From Eledone cirrhosa (lineage: Eukaryota), in contig OZ024740.1 in assembly GCA_964016885.1 (NCBI GenBank), forward strand, positions 366,854,001-366,918,000: a DNA stretch of 64,000 nucleotides, given 5' to 3'. Of this stretch, positions 27,512 to 39,050 are shown in pieces (position 1 is the first letter of the stretch; every line of letters starts with the position of its first letter). The translations under genes and the position numbers were made by a program. The notes under the pieces are model-generated. The model made no database searches. It was not told the origin of the DNA and was given only the letters and a program-made list of their open reading frames with translations.

Positions 27512-28592
27512 TTAGCTAAATATTTTGAGCGCACATTGATCAATATTATATCAGAGCCAATTGGTTTGCTTTATTTTAAATAGTTACTGCTTAAAGCCAT
27601 CAAGTAGTCATCAAATGACAACTAAATTGGTTTCTGGTGATTGCGTCTTTTCAAGACAGGAAACACACACCTCTCAATTACAAACAGAATATGTCTTTGA
27701 TTCAAAATCATTACAGACATGCCGTTAGAAAGATCTCAGATTTTAATTTGTTTTTATTTATTCATTTTCTTTTTGATATTGGGTGTCAGAAGCAAAAGCA
27801 CAAAGACTAATTACTCTTCAAAGATTTGTTTCTAAACAAAAGTCGCTAAACAGGTGTGTAATGCAACTCAGAAAGTTTTCAAAGAACTAACTATCTAGAC
27901 AAGCGGAAGACAAATTAATTGTTGTCAGTTATCTAAACAAGGGAGGAAAAAACTAATAGTTGTAACACACATGCTGTAATGGACAGACTGGAATACAAAC
28001 AAACAATAAACAAGAAAGAGAAGGTAAAATACCACTTAATGTTAACTAAACTGAAATGATGACTGGTATTGATATCTTTTGTTTTCAATAACCTTTGCAG
28101 GTTGTCTCTTTCTCTATATACATTCAATACCTATTGAATGTACTTTGTTGTTCCACCCCATGTCTGACATAATCAAATAGATATATGATCAAAGGCATTC
28201 CATCCATGACTAATTCGCCCTTTTTTACAAGTAGGTCTACATTGAGTACATTTCTTTATACTTTTAGAACGGAGGTGTGAAATTTGACGGGTATTTGATG
28301 GCGATTTCTAGCAGATCGAGTGACTACTTAAATTTTCGTCACTGGCTTGTAGTTTAACATATGTTTATTAACGGTGAACACCATAGTGCAAGAATAAAGC
28401 TTTTAATGTCTCGGGGAACCCACCATGTTTCAGGTCTCAGTCGAAACAGTTTCCCTTCACTCCAGCTACTAATACACTTGGAAACAAGATGAATGGTATA
28501 CTTCTCAATATACAATAAAGATATACGGCCTATCTCCGCCTATTCAAAGAAAGGTAACTGTGATAGGTGATAATTGTGGTAATTATCATAAG

Positions 28593-28676
28593 GCAGGTAG
28601 CTGTGATAGTGGAGGTAAATGTGATAGTGGTGGTAAATTTGATAGTGGAAGTAAATTCGATAGTGGAGGTATATGG
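28593..28676. repeat. 18-bp minisatellite (~4.5 units, ggaggtaaatgtgatagt)
   Basis: Units start at 28593, 28611, 28629, 28647 and 28665. Confidence 0.85.
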
Positions 28677-29244
28677 CAAGGGAAGCATGTGATAAAAGAA
28701 GTATGTAGAATGTAGGTTGTTGTGATAATGTAACTCAGTTTAACTCCAACTTCTGATCCCTAGGTACTTTTAGCATTCAGGTCAAGTCTCTGATCTGAAG
28801 TTAATTTCCTCACTTCCTCCCACCACTCTTGGAGGACCGGCAAAAAGGAAGTAGTTATAGTCACTGATCCATCTAAACTGCAAATAAATGAATAAATAAA
28901 AGCCGCAAGAATGTCTATCTTCTCAGCGGCAACCAGTCTCCAGAAACAAGAATAGTAAATAAATAGCGCAAATGATCTCATTCGATGATCTCCTATTTCA
29001 GCAAATTCCTCAAATTTGGCCATTCCAGGAATGACTATTATAAGAACTTAACGAAGTTTCATGCTGGAAAATATGCACCGATGTACATGTTTATGCATTT
29101 ACTTACATAGATACATAAATGTGATTGTATACACATTTTCAAAGTGGCTCTCCCCTTTATCCACCCGTTTTCCTTCCCCCATTTTCTCCTAGCTAACTAG
29201 GAACGAAACCTAATTAAGAAACACATTCAACGCACGTACGCACG

Positions 29245-30030
<786 letters not shown>

Positions 30031-30102
30031 CAGGCAGTCATTAACCTGACTAAGCCTTACCTAACTTTAATCTTTCTCTATTTTATTTCATCTTACTCAT
30101 CT

Positions 30103-30234
30103 CTACCCACTAACACATCCGTCTGCCACACCAAACCCATATATCCCTACCCACTAACACATCCGTCTGCCACATCAAACCCATATATCCCTACCCACTA
30201 ACACATCCGTCTGCCACACCAAACCCATATATCC
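30103..30234. repeat. 44-bp tandem repeat, three copies
   Basis: ctacccactaacacatccgtctgccacaccaaacccatatatcc at 30103, 30147 and 30191, with one substitution. Confidence 0.95.
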
Positions 30235-30302
30235 CACCTCGTCCCACTTCCGTTGTATTTCATCTTCCTTATTGGTCAAACATAAGCTCAGAGATATATT
30301 TG

Positions 30303-30367
<65 letters not shown>

Positions 30368-31384
30368 ACTAAATTGCAATAGTTGTAACAACGTTTTAAC
30401 AAACAACAATGCTAATGTTTAATAAAAATTTCATTTGTTAATGTTTTAAATGTACTTACGAATATTCAAATACAGTAATAGTAATCTTATTTAAGAAAAG
30501 ATTTTTAATCTTCTAATATAATTTCACTCACATTTAGGATACTGAAGAGGGATATTAAATCGACCTCAGTACTAGACTGGTCCTTTATTCTATGGAGAAA
30601 TAAGAATGCTCTGCTACACACATTCAAACACACACAGACACAGGCACCACATATTAATACATTTATTGATTTCTAATTTATGCACAAGATCAGCAAATTT
30701 TGGATAAGGGCCAAGTTGATTAACCCAACACCATTACATCACTGGTACTTTATTTTATCGACTGCGGAAGTTGATCTCGGCGGGATAGGAACTCAGAATG
30801 TTAAAAGCTAGAACAAATACCCTTCTATTCAACATTTATTTAAAGGTTACTTGCACAAGACTATTTTCTATTTTCCTTATTACAAATTTGTCTTAGAGAT
30901 TCATTCTAAACAAAGGGAGTAGAGCTAGTCCTATAGGAGTAACTTTTTAATAGATTGTTGCACCCCACGCCCTACTTAATATATTTTGGCCCTTTTCCAC
31001 TTACAACTATCACATATATAAAAAGTACTAGTAAAGTGTAAATTAAAGTAGCATTTAAGTACCGGAGGGGATTTGTATTCTTGCAATGTATCATAGATGT
31101 GAATTAAGTTAAAACAGATAAATGAAGACTTTCCAACAAGGGAGATTCTAACGTTGCTTGACCTACTAGAATTAGCAGCCAAATCTCTAAATAGATAAAA
31201 ATGATAAATGAACCTCAGTAGGTTTCGAACATGAATTTTCCATATGTTCATTCAATAGAACTGTTTACTAATTAAATTAACATGAAAGGTGCTGAGTATT
31301 CAGCACACACATGTACTGCTAATTATAAATATTTAGGATGACATAGTGTATCGAGACTGATCCTTTGAATTATATACACAGTCC

Positions 31385-31552
31385 GTCCGATGGGCTTCCA
31401 AACAGTTGCCATCTACCCAATTTCATTCATAAGACATTGGATGATGGTAAAACAAAATATGCAACGACAAAAACATTTACTTATGATGCTAAGACGTGGA
31501 ATCGAACTCAGCACATAATGACTGTCAAACGAACTTCATAACCATTTGTCAT
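31385..31552 (-). mobile_element. Degenerate tRNA-derived SINE family C
   Basis: ggaatcgaactc (B-box, reverse complement) and gggcttcc...catctacccaatttcattcataag; related fragments at about 33590-33715 and 40930-41030. Confidence 0.6.
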
Positions 31553-32024
31553 ACGGCGTTCGTACATTGTAATAATATAAGATATCTGAAAAAAAAAAGA
31601 AAAAGATTATTGTGGCTAGCATGCTTTTGAGCATAGCTCTGTATGATCAGACCAGCAAAATACGAAAAATAAGAAAAAATTTGATAAGTGCATGTGAAAG
31701 ACTAAAATATTCAGTATATTTGTAGCTGTTCGCCAGTAAAACGTCATTTCTCTTGTCTATTATATTCTATATCAACTTCAACTAGCTAACTAAGTGTCTC
31801 CCACCTGTTGTCAATTATATTAAACTTTGCATAAAAATAGGTATTCATTATATAAACTCACCTAGAAATTTTATACAATGCATCAGTTTCACATAATGTC
31901 GGTAACATAATGAACAAATTTACTAGGAAATAGGATGCCATTCTTCAGTAATTGAAAAAAAAACTTTGTATATCTTGTTGGTTGTTCAAGAACAATCATG
32001 TACAATAACAGTTTAATGTCTTGC

Positions 32025-32055
<31 letters not shown>

Positions 32056-32189
32056 TACAATGATGAAAACGACTGGGAGAAAACGTAATCAAGGAATGTG
32101 GAATAAAATAATGTGAATGTTATTCTCGCCTTAACTTGCCACCTGTAAAAGGTGCAATGACTTACATCTCTCTCCCCACTCTCTCCCTT

Positions 32190-32266
<77 letters not shown>

Positions 32267-32357
32267 AGCAAAGAGTTATTTAATGTGTTGGTTATTCAAC
32301 AAATTTTTTTATAACAGATTCGAAGCACTCTACAAAATTCTTCTGGAGTATAATATC

Positions 32358-32636
32358 AATAATATTAATAAAAGGAAACTATCTTTATAAAACCATATTT
32401 ATTTTATTATATAGGGTACCACAATTTTGGCACGCTCTCATCAGATAAAATACAAAAGTTGTTTTACATATAGTGACATATCCCAAAACAAGAACTTATC
32501 GTTTTTGGATATGTCACTATCTGTAAAACAACTTTTGTATTTTATCTGATGAGTGCGTGCAAAAATGTTGGTACCCTTGAAATATATATAATATATAATA
32601 AAATAAATATGGTTTTATACAGATAGTTTCCATTTA

Positions 32637-32646
<10 letters not shown>
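32358..32646. mobile_element. Foldback element 1 (arms ~130-145 bp), Penelope-like terminal repeat with a hammerhead core, inside (TA)n
   Basis: 32358-32490 is reverse-complemented at 32500-32646; the right arm contains CTGATGA...GAAA. Confidence 0.8.
32538..32605 (+). ncRNA. Type I hammerhead ribozyme motif (stem II partly decayed)
   Basis: Stem I TATTTTAT 32538-45 / ATAAAATA 32598-605; CTGATGA 32546-52; stem II gtgcgtgc/gtaccctt (2 mismatches); GAAA 32579-82; 6-bp AU stem III; AUA cleavage triplet 32595-97. Confidence 0.65.
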
Positions 32647-32677
<31 letters not shown>

Positions 32678-32679
<2 letters not shown>

Positions 32680-33104
32680 TAAAAGATCGGAGGCTATATT
32701 CAGTTGATTCAGGTTTATTTAAATCTCCGTTATACATATTTCACTGAGCTCTTCAGACGGCAAAATCTAAAATAAACATACAAAGTTCCTGAGAATCCTT
32801 TAAATTTGGAAGAATCTAATAATTTCCCCGATAAAAGATGTTCTTTTCATGATACAGGGGCTGGCCGAACGTGTCGTGTTGTTTCTTCGACGTCCGGCCC
32901 CAGTATCATGAAAAGAAAATCTTTTTTTGAGGAAATTATTAGATTTTTCCAAATTTAAAGGATTCTCAGGAACTTTCTATGTTTATTTTAGGTTTTGCCG
33001 CCTGAAGAGCTCAGGCTATAATAATTGATAGTCCTCAGTGAAATATGTATAATGGAGATTTAAATAAACCTGAATCAACTAAATATAGCCTCTGATCTTT
33101 TATT
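32678..33104. mobile_element. Foldback element 2 (arms ~190-215 bp) with a hammerhead core in both arms
   Basis: 32678-32870 is reverse-complemented at about 32890-33104. Right arm: CTGAAGA 33002-08, stem II, GAAA 33040-43, tatgtata. The left arm has the same core with the stem II interior deleted. Confidence 0.8.
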
Positions 33105-33271
33105 CATATATAATGCTCCGTCTTGTACCATTTACACAGGTCGTTGAGCGCTTCTTTTTATCTACTTCACAAGCGATAGACCATACCATGGTTTGATCCG
33201 CACATCCCTGTTCTGTTAACCCCTTACTATCTCTCTCTATTTCTCCCTCTCTTTCTCTCTCTCTTCTCTCT

Positions 33272-33335
<64 letters not shown>

Positions 33336-34510
33336 GCGTGTGTGTTTATGAGTATGATGTCGGACAAAAATGCATCCCTTATTTAGTTCTAGTTCAGTCA
33401 TCCTAACTTTCGCCCTTATGAAATGGGTAAATTGCTGTAAAAAATACTACAATCGATACTGGGGTCGATATTAACTAAATTGTATAAAGATGGTACGCTA
33501 TCATAGCAGTTTCATACTTGACAGCCCAATATATATATATGCACGCTTGAGTATGTCACGGTGTGTGAGAAAGCTGGACGTTTGAATCACACCCGTCGAC
33601 ACAATTTCACTCACAAGGCTTGTGACGACCGAAGACTTTGGTAAAGGCCTAAGGTATCATGTGGAATTGCACCGGGATCCACATTATTACGGAGCAAACT
33701 TCTGAATCACATAGTTGTGGACATGTATGTATGCATGTATGTATGCATGTATGTATGTACGTATGTATGTATATGTACGTATGTATGTATATATGTATGT
33801 GTTTCTGTGGGTGTTTATAAAAAGATATTATCCGAAATGCTAAGTTAAAATGTATATGCAAATAATATACAACTTGTACTGTATATAGTACATAATTTTG
33901 ACATGTTTGAACATATGGAAATTGATACTACAGCGCGTACATTATAGACACTTCTTTAGATACTCAAGTTTATGCATCTGTATAACTACTTGAAAAGTAT
34001 ATAGATACAGCTATGCAAGTCTGCAATATGTTTTAGATTTTATACATTCCTCGTAAAATAAAGTATACATGAAAAAATATATTTGGCATTTTTGTAAAGA
34101 CATCACTGCAGCTGCTTTCTTAATTAAGTTTCTGTAATGTAGAATAGGATATGGTAGACATACAGATAGATAGATAGATAGATATATTTCTTTATTTGCC
34201 ACAAGATAGATAGATAGTTAGTGAGAGAGAGAGAGAGAGAATACACACGATAGATGTGTAGGGGAAGCTAGGAATAACGTTAATATCTCCGGAATTATGT
34301 ACGATATAATGGACATGAATTAACATAAACATGAGTTCTTTCAACTGGTCACTATCATCAAACCAATTTTAGCCTCTCTCTCACACACACAAGCACACAT
34401 GTATAAACACTGGCACACCCATTCCATACATGCACCCATATACTCTCACTTTCAAAGGTATTTGGAGGTATGCACACACGTACATACACATACATATATT
34501 AAAATTATAT

Positions 34511-34670
34511 TAGTTTATTGAAAACTGCTAAAGCGCAGATGGAACAATAAAACAGTCGAACAAGCTCTGCATGAAACCCCCAGAGACTGAAAAAAGGTGG
34601 CAGATTCGCCCAATGGAATCGAATTCGCACCGGCAGCTTGCCTGACGTCAGCGTTATCATTACATCAAAG
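34511..34670 (-). mobile_element. tRNA-like element, left member of a divergent pair
   Basis: Minus strand: ctttgatgtaatgataacg...aattcgattcc...gccacctttttt plus a tail homologous to 34850-34929. Confidence 0.6.
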
Positions 34671-34771
34671 TGAGACTAACCACTAACCCGTCATTTGTAA
34701 GCTTTATCTTTCAATCAGATGTAAACAAAGAAATAATAGTTTTACGAAGTGTTGGTGCAATAGCAACGCAG

Positions 34772-34929
34772 CTTTGGCGTATGTTAACGTAGCCGTCCGG
34801 CACACGGTAGATGCAAGTTTGATTCCCGCTGCCCACACTGGCCACCCTTTTATAGAGGGTTTATATGTTCAACTTGATTGACTATTTTTATAGTTAAATG
34901 TGCGTTTTAGTAGGTGATAATGACCTAAC
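34772..34929 (+). mobile_element. tRNA-like element, right member of a divergent pair
   Basis: A-box-like TGGCGTATGTT, B-box-like GTTTGATTCC, gccaccctttt, shared tail. Confidence 0.6.
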
Positions 34930-34966
34930 ATACCTTCAAAATTCAAATTTGCTCAATGTTTGCGTT

Positions 34967-35003
<37 letters not shown>

Positions 35004-35125
35004 ACATATATATTTGTACATATAAAATGTCTGACTGAATACTCACGTACTTTTTATCAAAACATGTTTTTCAGCTCATTCCTTTTCTCACTCTATCTTT
35101 CTATTTTATCTTTTATTTTTCATTC

Positions 35126-35164
35126 TATCTTCTGATGAAGGGCTAGTATCCGAAATGTAAAGAC
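35126..35164 (+). ncRNA. Minimal hammerhead-like motif (Penelope-type remnant)
   Basis: tctt CTGATGA agggctagtatcc GAAA tgta aaga; short stem I tctt/aaga and a GUA triplet. Confidence 0.5.
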
Positions 35165-36382
35165 TCTTTTACTACTATATAAAGCGTTAGACTAATATAT
35201 TTCCTCATTGTACTGTGCTGTTTGCTTTGTTGCCTATTCGGGTTCGCTCAACCTACAGGAATTTTCAATTAAAATCCCTATCAGATTAGATAAATACACA
35301 TATATACTTTTGAAAAACGGAATGGTTGCGATTGGAACGCCTTCGATCATATGTCTATTCGATCAGGCCTGAATAATAACTAAACAACAGTCCCAATGAA
35401 GAATATAGCCAAGCCACCATCATTACCACCCTCAAGTAATGCTAACACTTCTAATTCCCACGAGCCAAGAGAAAACCTTTACGTCGTATTGGTAGAAATA
35501 ACAGACAAATCAGCCTCAAATCACACGGAAAGGTCTGATTCATCAGGTGTGATTCTCATTGGCATCAGTATAATGGTCGTAAAAATGGGAAGAACACATT
35601 CGGCAATGTAGTTCTAGATAAAAAGTAGAGATAGTTTGGATGATCATGTCTAAAATTGGTCAGGGTCCTGGCGGATGGTGGGAAGTTAAACTTAGCACGG
35701 AGACTTAGCTCAAACCAGTCACATAGTCTACTCTGTTAAATACATCCGTAGGCATTATAATAGGTGTCGGATTAAACAACTAAGTACCATATAGCACGCA
35801 TGATCCCGTAACTCACGATGGAGTCATCTGGGCATAATATTGACACACGGCGTTTCTAGGGCATTTTTAAAACCTGACGGAGCACATCTTCTCTCCAAGT
35901 CTGAACAGATTGGGCTGCTATCTCTAGCAACTCGAGCGGCTACGTAGAAGATACCAATCTGCATTGGTGATTTCTCAAGTCAACCATTCGGTCTGAATTG
36001 GGTAATAGGAACTCAATCGAATGTTGTTGTTCATGAAGAGATCTTGAAAACCAATACGATAGTTGATACTTCAATTTTCACACAACACAGTACTTAAATG
36101 ATAAAAAGCGACTAGAAAAGAAGGCAAATGATGTGCGTTTTATATGCGTGCAAGTACATGGGTGTGTCTGTGTTTGTCAGAAACAAATATGTGTGTGAAT
36201 GCATGTGTGTATTTGCGTTAATGTATACGGTGACATTACGAACGGTATATGAATATATAAGATTATTAATCTAGATAAGGCTACATTAATCTCATGCCCC
36301 TCAATCATTCACCAACTCCCACTTTCTCCTTTTCATTCATCCTACCTCTCTCTCGCTCTCTATTTCATACACACACATAGAT

Positions 36383-36526
<144 letters not shown>

Positions 36527-36695
36527 GTATACATATAAAAGACCTTGAAACACACACTACATATATGTATATACACACAGACATACACTATTCCTATCTC
36601 TTTCTCTCTATATTTCTAATATATCCCTACCAATATGATTACTTCCAGTCGACAGAGAAGAAGTACTCACACATATACTCTCCTCTATTTCTTAG

Positions 36696-36764
<69 letters not shown>

Positions 36765-37029
36765 AACACAAGTTCGTACGCACGAACATATAAACCCTGT
36801 TCATTCTTTCTTTCTTTCACACTACAACAAAACCATACAGAGTCATTCCTCTCTCTACCTTTACTACAGCCCCTTATTCTTTGCCTGTCAGTATGTCCGT
36901 ATGTGTGTATGTATGCATCTATGTGTGTTTGCACGTATGTATGTTTCTCTTTCTCTTTCACGCACACTCACAGTCATATACTCTGCAGCAGGCATATAAG
37001 CACACGTGCAAAGGTATGCGCGCACATAC

Positions 37030-37084
<55 letters not shown>

Positions 37085-37091
37085 ATGTATA

Positions 37092-37189
<98 letters not shown>

Positions 37190-37210
37190 TACACACACAC
37201 ACACACATAT

Positions 37211-37241
<31 letters not shown>

Positions 37242-37738
37242 CATACTTTCTAACCAACATGTTCTAGCTGCTAGCTCCCTGTCTCACACAGCCAAACGCA
37301 CCCCCCCCACACATACATGTAGCACATACACAACCCTCTCTCTGTTTCTCTCTATAAAGTAAACGTTCCACTCCTCTCATTTTGCTTCTGGCCCTTTCAC
37401 TGTATAACGGCTGCCATGTTAACTACAGCTGTATAAATAAATATATAATTTAGGAAAAAAAATGAGAAAAAAGCATCTCTAATCCTATGAAAATCAAAAC
37501 TACAACAATAAAATAAAAAATACAAAAATAAAACTAAATAGAGAGAATATACCAAAGAAATGAACAAATATGTAAAAAGAGCAAGAAGCCTCGCTTCTAC
37601 AAGTTGTGGGGTGGCAACCGCTACGTATTTGGTGAATGAAATACGATCCACTTGGCAACAACAGCAGAGGCACGCGTTGGCACACTCGTATATGCTGAGG
37701 ATAGTGGTGGGGATGGGTGGGCCCCCTCTCTCTGGCAG

Positions 37739-37836
37739 TCAGTTTCTCAGCGTGTGTTTTGTGTGTGTGCTAGAAAATGTGAAAGGAATTGTAAAAGAAC
37801 GAAAAGAAAAAAATTGCTCTTATGGTGGTGGTGAAG
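37739..37836 (+). promoter_or_regulatory. Candidate initiator and 5'-UTR first exon
   Basis: GC-richer unique island at 37590-37760, TCAGTT (Inr-like) at 37739-44, donor AAG|GTATTA at 37836/7. The link to the downstream gene is inference. Confidence 0.25.
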
Positions 37837-38324
37837 GTATTAGTGGCAGTTACACTGGCTGTTAGCAATATATTTACAATGTATATTTATAAAATAACGC
37901 AAACGCTATGATATACGAAATAGTGTCGAAACCGGGATCAAGTCCAAGCAATAGCTTATGTGCAGAGATAAATTCACTTAGAGATGTGTCTATCTTTAGG
38001 CAACATTTTATCTGTCTATATTTATGTATTTACTCTTAGTGTATCATGAGTGGAGAAAAGCAGACATACATACATGGTCCCTGAATCTGTAGCAAATAAC
38101 TTCAAAATCTCACTCTATTATTTTAAAGAGATATTGAATAATGTAATTCTAGATATATCCTTAATACGACAGAGTTTTTATGGCCAGAATGTCTTTGATC
38201 AAATTCTCTCCAGCCATGAATGTTGATAGTGATTAGCTGGACTATTTTCAATCTTGTGTTATGGTTTCAGCAGCGACTGAGTACTCTCTTGAATTCCCCA
38301 TATATACACTGCTCGACAGATTTT

Positions 38325-38430
38325 ATAATTGTTTCTACTTTAGGCACAAGGCCAGCAATTATCCAGTGCATTACTGGTACTTTATTTTATCGACCCCGTA
38401 AGGATGAAAGGCAAAATTAACCTCGGCGGG
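38325..38430 (-). mobile_element. SINE family A, 5'-truncated
   Basis: Reverse-complement tail and body. Confidence 0.88.
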
Positions 38431-38479
38431 ATATATATGGGGAATTCAACGACAGATTTTATAATGTTATACTTGTGGA

Positions 38480-39050
38480 TTCTTTACACGAGATATTCAC
38501 AGACTGTGAGCTTTATCTTGTATTTGTAGTATAGTGGCCTGCTGTTCATGAAATGGTGTAGTGTAAGGCGTTTTCTTGATATATATAACAATTATGTATT
38601 TGTGTTGATGATGGGGATCAAATGGGTTTAATCAGATTAGATATTGTATTCAAGGTCCCTGTTTATGGAAGCTGTACATCCTGCTTGAGGTTTCTAGGTT
38701 AAGTGAGAATGACGCCTAATGTGCGAAAGGTTAAGAATATATGAAGATTGGTATCATCTGCATAGAAATATATATGTTACACCAAGTAGGATACTCGTGT
38801 ACAGAATGAAGATTGTGGGTGACAAGACCGAATTATACTGTGCAAAGTTAATCAGAGCACGCTCAGTCAATCTACACTGAAAGGAAAATGGATAGATATC
38901 CTGATGGGCAGCGTTGTTTGGAGGTTCTCATGCATGATGTGGTCAATGGCTTTGCTGACGTAAAGAACAACGACTATGACCTCTCGAGAGTCCCAAAGCA
39001 CAGCTGAGGTGTAGCAGTGGAGAGTAAGTTTTCGGTAAATCTTGCTCAAT
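38480..39050 (-). mobile_element. Decayed LINE reverse-transcriptase fragment (CR1/L2/Jockey group)
   Basis: Minus strand VIVVVLYVSKAIDHIMHENL resembles the LDISKAFDRVWH motif; YADDTNL at about 38744-38764. Confidence 0.8.

Noticed and set aside
28593-28676. GGKxDS coding repeat
   Set aside because: Short 18-bp minisatellite with no supporting exon boundaries or extended ORF.
34772-34850. Functional tRNA gene
   Set aside because: A- and B-boxes are degenerate, I could not build a clean cloverleaf, and it has a diverged inverted twin with a shared tail.
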